Shown here piece after piece: positions 11,701-20,500 of a DNA stretch of 64,000 nucleotides. Numbering within the stretch: the first letter of the stretch is position 1; each line of letters begins with the position of its first letter. The notes beneath the pieces are model-generated. The model had not been told where the DNA came from. It was given only the letters and a program-made list of their open reading frames with translations, and did not search any database. Location: positions 124,001 through 188,000 of IMG/VR virus record IMGVR_UViG_3300007513_000001; one strand, written 5' to 3'. A program made the translations under genes and the position numbers.

Positions 11701-14700
11701 TATCCAGATAGCAACCGGTTCTTCAGGCGCAATTACAATTACGGGGACTTCTACAGGCGATATTACTTCTGTAGTCGCTGGAATCGGATTATCGGGCGGT
11801 GGAGCTTCTGGAGATGTTACTTTAAATATAGACAATAGCGTTGTAGCTACCCTGACAGGATCTCAGTTCTCCGGGAATGTAGGAGTAACTGGATCTATAG
11901 GGTCAACGACAGCTATTACTTCTCCAGCCTTCTCTGGGTCTTTAACACAACTTCAAAATGGTACTTCTTATTTAGTCGCTGGCGCAAACATAACAATAGC
12001 TTCAGCTTCAAGTGGCCAAATTACTATTACCAGTACAGCAACATCAACTGATTCATATTTCGATAGTCCCTCTAGTGGCAATTTAGTTACAACCGGGTCT
12101 ACTAGCTTTTCTGGCGGAAAAGGTTCTTCTTATGAGACTTCCAACGTTGGAACTGATACTTTTTTCTTTGTTAGCGGATCTTTAACGTCTAAAGATACCA
12201 CAACCCGCGGTACTGCTGTATTTGGTGGCGATCTAGTTGTTTCTGGAACAATGTATGGAACAGGAACTATTGGACCAGCTGAAGATGGAACTTATACTGA
12301 TGGCCTTTTTGCTAGCTTTGTATCTACTACTCCAATAGGTACAGCAATAGACAGGTTTAACGAAGTGCTTAAAGCTCTTTCACCTGCTCCTGCTCCAGAT
12401 CTAGATAATATAAACAGTGCAGAAACCGGTGTTACTTCTTTCCTTTCTTTTGGTACTAGTAATGCTGTTGGTGGTTATACTAATGTGGCGGCTTCAGCAG
12501 GGCTAGGTTCTGCCGTAGATGTCAATGGTGCATATCAAATAACTACAGCTAGTAATAATATTAGAGTTGCAACTTTTGCAGGTTCAACTTCTATGACGGG
12601 AACGCTGAATTCTGATATAGCGGCTAGCAATTACTCTAATGGAGTAACCAACTACTTTACATCTTCTTTTGGCGATGCTAATACTGGCGTTTTAAGATTA
12701 ATGGTTAACGGCTCTAATGTTAAAGAGATAGATTTAACTGTTGGGTCAATAGGCTCTGGTATTCCAGGCGCAGGTACGGGAACTTACACGAATTCTAATG
12801 GCTCTGGGTTTATTCAATTTTCTCAAACTGGATCAGCAGTATTTTCTGATAGCAATACTTTAGCTTTCTTTCAACACCGTACAGGAAAATATGTAGTGTC
12901 TACCACAGACCAAAGAGATGGCTGGAATTATGCAAGAGTTCTCCACGTAGTAACTGGAAGCACAAAACAAACAAATTACATAGAGTGGGTTAATGATTCT
13001 AATGCCAATGCTTTGGCAGCTAGCGGCGAAAAAATTGATAACTTCGATTTAGGAAAGGGGATACACCTTTCCGGAATTCAATATTACATTAGCGGCACTG
13101 CAGACTACAAAGTAAACGTTAGCAATGTCTATAGAAATGTTTATAGCGGATCTTCTACTTTTAATACTACTAATTGTTCTATATCTAGCCAAACAATTCC
13201 ATCTCTTAATACTGGAGCTGGTGAAAATAACACAACAGTTCTTAAAGTTACTGGTTCTGCTACTATTACAGCAACAACTTTATTAAACCAGTCTATAGCA
13301 TCTTCAATTAATGTCGACCATCCAATCAAAAGCAATCTTTCTACTGGGGGTGCAGTAACTTCTGGTGGAATTCTTTTATATAGTGCATCTAATGATTCTA
13401 CTGTATTAGTAGAAACTTTTAAGAGAGAAAACTATAGAATAACATCAGCTTCTTATGACACTCAATCTTCTGTTACTGATGCTGCAGCTTCTTGGAATTC
13501 TACTTTTCATCTTTCTTCTTCGCTTTCTCAATCTGATGGATTAATATTTTATAACCAAAAGCTCTATACACCTACAAATTCTTTGCTTTCGGGAGATTTT
13601 AGAAACAGTGCTGATGGAGGCTCAATCACTTACGCTCCAGCGTCAAATCCAAACTATTCTGGATTGACTTCTGGCATTAAAACATTTTATAGATATTTTC
13701 AAAATACTGGTGCAGCAAAAAGAGACTTTTCTATAGATATTGATGGTTCCGGAACTATAGTTCAACAAGGCACAACTAATGATACTTCAAAAATATCTGT
13801 TTTATTTAAGCTTCCAAATACGAGCACATATCAAACAGGATGGCTTGATTTAAGTCAGGCGTTTGTTGCAGGAAGCTACTCAAATGCAGCTGGGTGTTTA
13901 GTTGGAAGTCTAGATTCTAGCTTAGATGCAGTCAATATAGCAACTTTTGGAACTCAATCTATTGGAACCAATGAATACATTGTGGCGAAAATAGAGGCTA
14001 GCGCTTCTTGGACTGGAAATATAGATGACATTACTATATCTTTTGGCGCTGGAACAGGAGTTGCGCCTTCTGAAGCTCCAGCATTAGATGATATAGATTG
14101 CGACGATTCAGGAACTGGAACAAAACTTTCTTTTGGAAGCGCTCAATCTATCTCTGGGTACACTAATGTAGCGGCTTCTGCTGGTTTAGGTTCGGCAGTA
14201 GATGTAAATGGAAATTATATACAAACTAACTCTGGGAACAATTTAAGAAGAGCAGTTTTTGATGGATCTACTATAGTAAATGGAACTCTTAATGAAGATG
14301 TTTCATCTAATGGATCTAGTTACGTAGCTAATGCTTTTAGCAGTGGATCTTTTGGATCTCTTAAACTAGAAGTTAATGGTTCTGTAGTGCATACTACTAA
14401 CTTAGTGAATTTTAGTTCTGGAAATAGTTTGAATGGAAATAGTTCTGGTTTTAAAAGTTTGCTGTCTGCTACGCCTGGGGAATATAGCGGAAACAGCGTA
14501 CCAGATTATACGTTGATATATAGAACAGGCGAATTTCAAGTTGGAACAGCCGATCAGCGCGACGGCTGGAATTATGTTAGGGTGATTCATTCAGTTAATG
14601 GATCTGATACAGTAACAAATTATGTAGAGTGGGTTAATGATCCAAATTCAGATGCGTTGTCAACATCTGGAGAAGTTTTTGATAACTTTGGATCTAATTC

Positions 14701-15808
14701 TACATTATTTTATCAAAGTGGCGTAAAATACTTTATATCTTGCACATCTAGTTTTGCTTATTCTGCTGAGAATGTTTATAAAAACGTTTATTCTAGAAAC
14801 TCTGCGGCTGTTACATCTCCAGTTAGAAGCAATATAAACGTAACGCAAATATCAATTAACGGAGACGGAGTAACTAACAGCACTAACGCAAACTATTTTA
14901 GCTCTCTTGCTTCTTTAGACACATCTATTGCAAATTGCGAACAAAAAAATATCGGTGTGACAGGATCTATTTCTTTCGGCCAAAGCAATTCTACGGTCGG
15001 TCCATATGGAGCAGGGTATTATACAGCTTCTATTTCTGGACAAGTCCTTCACCCTCTAAAAAGTAACACTACAACTTCTACTTTTGCTAAATCCAACTTT
15101 TTAGTATTTAGCGCTAGCCAAACTTCTACAAAATATACTACAGAAAATTTTGATGACGAAAACTATAGATTAACATCTGGCTCTTTTACAACTCAGTTAT
15201 CAGTCAACAGCGCAACTTGGGACCCTTCTATTTCTATGAATGATGGATCTCAAGCTGCTTATTATGACGGATTGCTAATATATAATGGTCGTTTAATTAG
15301 TCCAAAAACCGGAGCTATGGGCAATGGAGATTTCCGAAGCGTAAGAGATGGAGGAACGCTACAGTCTCCTGATAGCAATGTAAATTATTCTTCTTTGAGC
15401 TTGAGCACTAGAAACTACACAAGATATTTTGAAAACAATACCACAAACGACGTACCCCAAATAAACGTTATGATGACAGGAAGCGCGACATTAGTAGCAC
15501 AATCTGGCCCAAATTCTGGATCTTTAGGAGCTAATAATAATTTTCATTGCTCGGTTAAAATACCTGGAAAGACGGGCTGGCTTGATATCGCAAAACCTTC
15601 TGCTGGAGCTGGTACCACATCAGATAACGATGGAGGCTTAAGCGGAGACTTAACATCTGCAGTTAGTCCTACTGGAATTTTAAATATTTGTACTTTTAAT
15701 GCAGAGACTCAAAATGGTACCACTTCGGGTGCAGAATATGTAGTAATAAGAATAATTGCTCACGAAAATTGGATAGGAAACTTATCTAATATTACAGTTG
15801 GATATTAA
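8759..15808 (+). CDS. Giant repetitive tail-fibre/adhesin-like virion protein (2349 aa)
   Basis: N-terminal half built of GDITxVxAGxGLxGGGxSGxVTL and SGSLTxLxDGxSYLxAG repeats; C-terminal half is a tandem duplication of a ~560 aa unit. Confidence 0.75.
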   Translation: MARIKKSKLKTSDFLTISNSRSGKIDTLVAPNDLQIGLDDAGFRSSLTSTGIIVAKQGFSGSLTKLVDGSPYLKAGSNVALATGSDGAVTISASGFTNNPLTATVAGGLFFDTGTTYDGSAAKTLAIDIFQSRGLSIHSSYGLQIDFTSASSATPVTSDRILIGDAGSSYAAKYCTISDILSLGTTSTLSNAITFGNGIEDSAGAASSYNNTAAVTLAITAESSKGIGVTSSGVKIDPSTLSSATVATGDKVLIGDVDDSDNIKYVTAQSIANLATVGTLDNALTVGDGLQLDSGTTFTGASARTISAQAADATISVGGSGLSVLKVPNHLTSARGISSFSYDGSTSSVSVAVALRSNGGIGFDTDDKLALNIYNLADADISLYDYIPFYDYSGGTSAVSKTSVGQLKTLISGDITAVLAGNGLTGGGTSGDVTLAIDDSIVATVSGATFTGGVNFNSGADFTGAAKFNTGLSGSLTKLADGSDFLIPGANVSLSVGAKGQITISAVAGGGGIADGNAEYLVLAATGSLSNERVLTMGTGLTSSDSGAGNNYTLTVRDSIFAALTGSQFSGNIGATGSIGSTTLVTSPAFSGSLTRLQNGSSYLVAGTGITIASASNGQVTITGNVGDITGVTAGTGLTGGGTSGDVTLNVDDGVVATVSGSTFTGAVQFNSGMSGSLTQLTDGSSYIVAGSGITIASASNGAITITNDGTVGDITGVTAGTGLSGGGTSGDVTLNIRDSIVATLTGSQFSGNVGVTGSIGSTTLITAPSFSGSLTHLQDGTSYILAGANITVASASNGSITITSADTTYTAGDGLDLSGTIFSADLKSSGGLKIDSTEMAIDDSVVATVSGSTFTGAVKFDSGMSGSLTQLTDGTSYLIAGSGIGITSASNGAITITNDGTVGDITGVTAGTGLTGGGTSGTVTLNINDSIVATLSGSQFSGEVGVTGSIGSTTVITSPAFSGSLTNLQDGTSYLVAGNNIQIATGSSGAITITGTSTGDITSVVAGIGLSGGGASGDVTLNIDNSVVATLTGSQFSGNVGVTGSIGSTTAITSPAFSGSLTQLQNGTSYLVAGANITIASASSGQITITSTATSTDSYFDSPSSGNLVTTGSTSFSGGKGSSYETSNVGTDTFFFVSGSLTSKDTTTRGTAVFGGDLVVSGTMYGTGTIGPAEDGTYTDGLFASFVSTTPIGTAIDRFNEVLKALSPAPAPDLDNINSAETGVTSFLSFGTSNAVGGYTNVAASAGLGSAVDVNGAYQITTASNNIRVATFAGSTSMTGTLNSDIAASNYSNGVTNYFTSSFGDANTGVLRLMVNGSNVKEIDLTVGSIGSGIPGAGTGTYTNSNGSGFIQFSQTGSAVFSDSNTLAFFQHRTGKYVVSTTDQRDGWNYARVLHVVTGSTKQTNYIEWVNDSNANALAASGEKIDNFDLGKGIHLSGIQYYISGTADYKVNVSNVYRNVYSGSSTFNTTNCSISSQTIPSLNTGAGENNTTVLKVTGSATITATTLLNQSIASSINVDHPIKSNLSTGGAVTSGGILLYSASNDSTVLVETFKRENYRITSASYDTQSSVTDAAASWNSTFHLSSSLSQSDGLIFYNQKLYTPTNSLLSGDFRNSADGGSITYAPASNPNYSGLTSGIKTFYRYFQNTGAAKRDFSIDIDGSGTIVQQGTTNDTSKISVLFKLPNTSTYQTGWLDLSQAFVAGSYSNAAGCLVGSLDSSLDAVNIATFGTQSIGTNEYIVAKIEASASWTGNIDDITISFGAGTGVAPSEAPALDDIDCDDSGTGTKLSFGSAQSISGYTNVAASAGLGSAVDVNGNYIQTNSGNNLRRAVFDGSTIVNGTLNEDVSSNGSSYVANAFSSGSFGSLKLEVNGSVVHTTNLVNFSSGNSLNGNSSGFKSLLSATPGEYSGNSVPDYTLIYRTGEFQVGTADQRDGWNYVRVIHSVNGSDTVTNYVEWVNDPNSDALSTSGEVFDNFGSNSTLFYQSGVKYFISCTSSFAYSAENVYKNVYSRNSAAVTSPVRSNINVTQISINGDGVTNSTNANYFSSLASLDTSIANCEQKNIGVTGSISFGQSNSTVGPYGAGYYTASISGQVLHPLKSNTTTSTFAKSNFLVFSASQTSTKYTTENFDDENYRLTSGSFTTQLSVNSATWDPSISMNDGSQAAYYDGLLIYNGRLISPKTGAMGNGDFRSVRDGGTLQSPDSNVNYSSLSLSTRNYTRYFENNTTNDVPQINVMMTGSATLVAQSGPNSGSLGANNNFHCSVKIPGKTGWLDIAKPSAGAGTTSDNDGGLSGDLTSAVSPTGILNICTFNAETQNGTTSGAEYVVIRIIAHENWIGNLSNITVGY
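9990..12040 (+). repeat. Intragenic array of ~80-95 aa fibre repeats
   Basis: Five GDITxVxAGxGLxGGG units and seven SGSLTxLx(D/N)G units in this span (an eighth near 8935). Confidence 0.85.
12390..15805 (+). repeat. Tandem duplication of a ~560 aa domain block (about 12390-14047 and 14075-15805)
   Basis: Both halves share GYTNVAASAGLGSAVDVNG exactly, plus DQRDGWNYxRVxHxVxGS, TNYxEWVND, HPxKSN, ENYRxTS, GDFRxxxDGG and TGWLD in the same order. Confidence 0.85.
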
Positions 15809-17908
15809 ATGGCTGGAAAAACTACTACAACTGCTTTAGACTTTGCTTTTAAAAAGCTTTTGGGAAAAGCTAATACTTCTAATCTTAAGTCTGACTCTCA
15901 AGAAACTATAGGGAGCAATATTCAGGTAGGAGCAACTACTGTATTTGGTTTGCCTCTACCGCCATCTCCGTCTAAGAGTTTGTACACAGTTCAAAATAAT
16001 GCAGTAGAATATGTGGTTTTTGATATAAGCGCAATCCCTGGAACGAGCTATGATGCTAACGACCCAGGCGGAGGAGGAGACGAAGGCTCTAATCCAGGCA
16101 CGCACGGTTATGCATTAGCTCTTACCGGTAGTTATCAATCTCTTACAAACAATTCTAAATCTGGAACTTTTCCATTTACTAACAGCCAAGTTCTTTCGGG
16201 GTCTGCTGGAGCGTTGCAAATTGTTCCAGAGCTTTTTTCTTCAGATTCTCCAAACCCATATTCACTAACTCTTTATGAATCAAACGGGTCTGGTGGAATA
16301 GGAGACCAAATACCTTTACTTGACGAAGTAGACTGGCTAATAGATACATTTAGCGGAGTTTTATTTCTTCAAGAATATGATTCTACTAAAATACCAGCGT
16401 ATGCAAAAGCGTTTATATACGTTGGAGATATGATGAGTTCGCTCACTGGTTCCGGCGGCGGCTCTGGACCCGGGGATGCGAATGCAGAATATTTAGTTTT
16501 GTCTGCTACTGGTTCATTAAATGCAGAAAGAGTTTTAACTGCTGGAACAGGAATAAAATCAGTTGATTCTGGAGCAGGGTCTGCTTTTACTTTGTCCATC
16601 GACAATTCTGTTGTAGCCACTCTGACAGGCTCTCAGTTTTCTGGAAACCTTGGGGTAACAGGATCTATAGGATCAACGACCGCTATTACTTCTCCAGCTT
16701 TTTCTGGGTCTTTAACGCAACTTTTAGATGGAACTAGTTATCTAGTTGCCGGTTCCAATGTTACAATAACTTCTGCTTCTAATGGTTCTGTTACGATAGC
16801 TTCTACCGGAGGTGGAGGCGGCTCAGGTGATGGAGATTCAAAAGCTGAATACTTAGTAAGCAAAATTACTGGCTCTTTATCTAACGCAAAATTAATAGAA
16901 GCTGGTTCTGGAATTACTATAGTAACTGGGTCTAATTCTCTTACTATTTCTTCTAACTCTTCTAACATTACTGGTAGAAGCAAACAAAGTTATTTTATAA
17001 CAAGTTCTATACCTGCAAACTCTCAAATAGAAACTCAGTTTTCTAACTTTTCTGATGTTCTTTTTGATAAAGACTTAATAGATGTTTATTTAAACGGACA
17101 ACTACTACATTCTGGTACGGCTGCCGAAGTTTCTTCTTCAGACAAAGACTATACTGTTTTTACTTCTGGGAGCGTTAAGCTAGCTTTCGGCCTTGAGGAT
17201 GACGATCAACTAGACGTAATACTTTCAAAGCTGTCTGGAAACGCAACTGGCACTGGAGATACAAGCGCTCAGTATTTAGTGTTGCAGGCAACTGGATCTT
17301 TAAGTGCTGAAAGAGTTTTAACTGCTGGTACCGGAATAAAATCAGTTGATTCTGGAGCTGGGAGTCCATTTACTCTATCAGTAGACAATTCTGTTGTAGC
17401 CACTCTGACAGGCTCTCAGTTCTCCGGAAACATAGGAATAACAGGATCTATAGGATCTACTACTTTCGTAACTTCTCCGGCTTTTTCTGGGTCTTTAACA
17501 AACATACAAGATGGTACTTCGTATTTAGTTGCTGGCTCTGGAATAACTATTACTTCTGCTTCTAATGGATCTATCAATATATCTTCTTCTGGTGGTACTA
17601 TTACAGGAGTTACGGCTGGAAATGGATTATCTGGCGGAGGGTCTAGCGGAAATGTTACTCTAGCAACGGCACCTAGTTCTAGTTTATATTTTGTTACCGG
17701 CACTCATGCTTCTGATAGCACTCTTTCAATTCCAAGTGCAGATTTTTCTAAAAATTCTTATGATTATGAAAAAACACAAATTTTTGTAAACGGAGTATGC
17801 ATGATATCTGGTTCTTCTTTAGATTATGAATTAGATGGAAACACCACTGACATAACATTTAAATTCACGTTAGAATCAGACGATATTATTTTAGTGAAAT
17901 ACTTGTAG
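15809..17908 (+). CDS. Tail-fibre-like repetitive structural protein (699 aa)
   Basis: Shares YLVLxATGSLxxERVLT and VATLTGSQFSGN...SGSLTxLxDG modules with the upstream 2349 aa protein; carries two (Y/F)xNG...DY domains. Confidence 0.7.
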   Translation: MAGKTTTTALDFAFKKLLGKANTSNLKSDSQETIGSNIQVGATTVFGLPLPPSPSKSLYTVQNNAVEYVVFDISAIPGTSYDANDPGGGGDEGSNPGTHGYALALTGSYQSLTNNSKSGTFPFTNSQVLSGSAGALQIVPELFSSDSPNPYSLTLYESNGSGGIGDQIPLLDEVDWLIDTFSGVLFLQEYDSTKIPAYAKAFIYVGDMMSSLTGSGGGSGPGDANAEYLVLSATGSLNAERVLTAGTGIKSVDSGAGSAFTLSIDNSVVATLTGSQFSGNLGVTGSIGSTTAITSPAFSGSLTQLLDGTSYLVAGSNVTITSASNGSVTIASTGGGGGSGDGDSKAEYLVSKITGSLSNAKLIEAGSGITIVTGSNSLTISSNSSNITGRSKQSYFITSSIPANSQIETQFSNFSDVLFDKDLIDVYLNGQLLHSGTAAEVSSSDKDYTVFTSGSVKLAFGLEDDDQLDVILSKLSGNATGTGDTSAQYLVLQATGSLSAERVLTAGTGIKSVDSGAGSPFTLSVDNSVVATLTGSQFSGNIGITGSIGSTTFVTSPAFSGSLTNIQDGTSYLVAGSGITITSASNGSINISSSGGTITGVTAGNGLSGGGSSGNVTLATAPSSSLYFVTGTHASDSTLSIPSADFSKNSYDYEKTQIFVNGVCMISGSSLDYELDGNTTDITFKFTLESDDIILVKYL

Positions 17909-17938
17909 CAAGACCTAAGAAACTGTTCGTTTTTCTTT

Positions 17939-17947
17939 ATACTTACA
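17939..17947 (+). promoter_or_regulatory. Putative late promoter core ATACTTACA
   Basis: ATAnTTAY motif about 40 nt upstream of 17986; the identical 9-mer recurs at 18219. Confidence 0.4.
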
Positions 17948-17985
17948 GATGCAGGTCATGTTTCTTCTACGGGGTAAATTAATCG

Positions 17986-18207
17986 ATGTTTATTATTAAC
18001 GATTTAGGACTAGCAGCTTATTTTATGATAAATGGGCTGGTTTTGAAAGACGCCCGCGTAAATGACCGAGGAGTTTTTGTTTTTGAGTTTGATGATCCAA
18101 ACAAAGAAGCAAAAAAACTTTCAATAAATTTTTTAAACTCTGAGTGTTCAAGATTTGACCAGCAGGTAAGAAATTTAAGAACTCTTCTAAAAACTTCTGG
18201 AAATTAA
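17986..18207 (+). CDS. Small protein resembling DUF5659 family (73 aa)
   Basis: Pattern DLGLAAYF..NG..L......G.FVFEF.D resembles DUF5659 small phage proteins (from memory, not searched). Confidence 0.5.
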   Translation: MFIINDLGLAAYFMINGLVLKDARVNDRGVFVFEFDDPNKEAKKLSINFLNSECSRFDQQVRNLRTLLKTSGN

Positions 18208-18218
18208 TCTAGTTTTTA

Positions 18219-18227
18219 ATACTTACA
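18219..18227 (+). promoter_or_regulatory. Putative late promoter core ATACTTACA
   Basis: ATAnTTAY motif at the start of the ~90 nt U-rich leader of the 690 aa gene. Confidence 0.45.
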
Positions 18228-18317
18228 TTCGTTACGTTAAATCGTTTTATTTCGTTTTTTTAGTTAGTTTAGGTTTTTTTATACGTTTAGCCTAATTTTT
18301 AAAAAAAGGAGTAAATA

Positions 18318-20390
18318 ATGGCTAATAGAACACAATTAAGATTGACCCAACTCACCGCATCTTTTGGTACGGCAGCTGGCGAGATCAATGATCAAATCAG
18401 TTCATCCCAGACAGGATCTGCACTAAATGTTGATTTCACCGGAGTGATGAGCATGGTAGCTGGTGCTATTAAAAGAATTAACGGAGCTGACTCATTCAGT
18501 CAGTCGGCCGCTGGTCTTTTTACCCACGCCACGTCGACCTTCTCTGGAGATATCAGACTTAATGGTAACGACATTCAGGCTTCTGATGGCGTAGCTACTT
18601 TAACAATGTCTGGTAGAGATCTTACTGTTGCTGGAGATCTTACTGTTACTGGTAATGATATTAAAGGCTCTGGCGGAACAGTAATCACGCTAGATGGTTC
18701 CAACAACGCAGCTTTTGCAGGCGACGTTAGTGTTAATGGCGGAGACATTGTAGTAACAGCAGCCAATGATACAGGTGCCACTCTTAATCTTCAAGCTGAT
18801 AATAATGATGATAATGGAGACGCTTGGACACTTGGAGCTCAAACATCTCAAGCCTTTGGAGTTTTAAACAATATCAGTGGCACGCCAGCTACTATGTTGA
18901 GTATCGTTCCACACGCTACTCCAACAAACTCAGTTACAAATGTTGCTGGTAAGCTTAAGGTTTCTGGTCTTGAGATTCAGAACGCTGACGGTGAAGCTTG
19001 CATTAGTATTGATGCAGATCAAAATGCTACAGTTGCCGCTGACCTTACTGTTGCTGGTAATGATATTGACTTTTCTGCTGCAAATGCTGCAATTGGTGCT
19101 AGTGTTGGAGCTAACGTTCTTTCGCTTGGTGCAGCTACTTCTACAGTTGCTGCTCTTAACCACCTACGCGTTGACGGTAACATCCTCGCTGACGCCAACG
19201 AAGCTAAAGAAATTTTTGCTGCTGTAACAAGCGCAAATATTACTCTTGGTGGCGGTGGTAAAGTTATCATTCCCGGTGACCTAAATGTTGAAGGAACAAC
19301 TACTACTATTGACTCTGTCAATCTTTTAGTTAAAGATCCAGTTATTGCGATGGGCGCTGGTAACACTACTGCTGACTCTAATGGCGGTATGGCAATCATC
19401 TCTGGTTCATCTGCAGGTACTGATTTAGTTTTTGGTAGGGTTGCTGCTGACACCATGGCCGTTGGTATCCTTGATACCCAGAGTGGCTCTGTAGCTTCAG
19501 TTGCAGGTATGGCGGTTACTAACTTCCGTGCTGGAAGACTAGAAGTCGACACTGCTACTAACTACATTGATAGAAATGCTGAGAACCACATGATAGTTGT
19601 TTCTGCTGCAGATCTAATTCTTGATCCAGGCGGTAGCGATGTGTTGGTCGATGGTCATTTAATACCATCTACTTCTAACGGTGGTGCTCTTGGCTCCGCG
19701 ACGATGCAGTGGCAAGACCTCTTCCTTGCGGAAGGTGGTGTTATTAACTGGGACGGCGGCGATATGACGATGACTCAAGCTAGCAACGTTCTTACTGTTG
19801 CTGGTGGCGATCTCAACATGGACGGCGCCCAGAAAGTAACTTTTGGTGGATCTAGTAACTCAATTCAGTTAGATACTGATCTTAAGATTGTTGCTGCTGC
19901 TGATATCCGTATGGATGCTGGTGGTAATGACGTTCAGCTGGTGTCAGTTGGAACAAATCCATTCTTGCAGTTCAATCGTGCATCCGCTAACACTTCATAT
20001 TTGAACTTTAGCACAAACGATGGTGCGGCGATCGGTAACGGTTCCGCTGGTTTTGGTATTCGCAACAACAATGGTACTATGCAGTTTAAAAATAGTACTG
20101 GAGCCTGGACTACTTTCGGAGCCGGTGCAACTGCAGACAAGAAAACTCTCGAAGTTTCTGGTTCGGGCATTGCGTCTGGTGATAGAGCCCACATTGGAGC
20201 TTTAGATCTCAGCTCTATTCCAGTTGCTGACAGAGAAGACCGTGTTGATGCATACGTTAATGGACAGCTTCTGCTTTCTGGATCTAGCAAAGATTACATT
20301 CTTGACCAGACTGATGGCGCTGCCGCGACTGATATTAGAGTTCAGTTCGCCCTTGTAAACGATGACGTTCTTACTGTTATCGTTAGATAA
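18318..20390 (+). CDS. Probable abundant fibre or decoration structural protein (690 aa)
   Basis: Strong SD (AAGGAG); codon choice resembling the capsid genes (ggt, gct, aac, gac); DLTVAG/NDI repeats; LNVEGTTTTIDSVNLLVKDPVI fibre-type motif; own terminator. Confidence 0.7.
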   Translation: MANRTQLRLTQLTASFGTAAGEINDQISSSQTGSALNVDFTGVMSMVAGAIKRINGADSFSQSAAGLFTHATSTFSGDIRLNGNDIQASDGVATLTMSGRDLTVAGDLTVTGNDIKGSGGTVITLDGSNNAAFAGDVSVNGGDIVVTAANDTGATLNLQADNNDDNGDAWTLGAQTSQAFGVLNNISGTPATMLSIVPHATPTNSVTNVAGKLKVSGLEIQNADGEACISIDADQNATVAADLTVAGNDIDFSAANAAIGASVGANVLSLGAATSTVAALNHLRVDGNILADANEAKEIFAAVTSANITLGGGGKVIIPGDLNVEGTTTTIDSVNLLVKDPVIAMGAGNTTADSNGGMAIISGSSAGTDLVFGRVAADTMAVGILDTQSGSVASVAGMAVTNFRAGRLEVDTATNYIDRNAENHMIVVSAADLILDPGGSDVLVDGHLIPSTSNGGALGSATMQWQDLFLAEGGVINWDGGDMTMTQASNVLTVAGGDLNMDGAQKVTFGGSSNSIQLDTDLKIVAAADIRMDAGGNDVQLVSVGTNPFLQFNRASANTSYLNFSTNDGAAIGNGSAGFGIRNNNGTMQFKNSTGAWTTFGAGATADKKTLEVSGSGIASGDRAHIGALDLSSIPVADREDRVDAYVNGQLLLSGSSKDYILDQTDGAAATDIRVQFALVNDDVLTVIVR

Positions 20391-20415
20391 TTTTTAGCTT
20401 TTAGCTATTTTGTCT

Positions 20416-20447
20416 GTGGGGACCTCTTCGGGGGTCCCCACTTTTTT
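20416..20447 (+). terminator. Rho-independent terminator with cUUCGg tetraloop
   Basis: GTGGGGACCTC-TTCG-GGGGTCCCCAC (11 bp stem, one G-U) followed by TTTTTT, just after the 20390 stop. Confidence 0.9.
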
Positions 20448-20500
20448 ACTTTGGTATGAAAGAAGATATTTTTTATCTGTATTTTTATTTTGGAGAAAAA

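Noticed and set aside
9990-17600. CRISPR array or DGR template/variable repeat pair
   Set aside because: The repeats are in-frame protein repeats differing mainly at third codon positions. There is no repeat-spacer periodicity, no adenine-specific pattern that I could see, and no reverse transcriptase or cas gene in the window.
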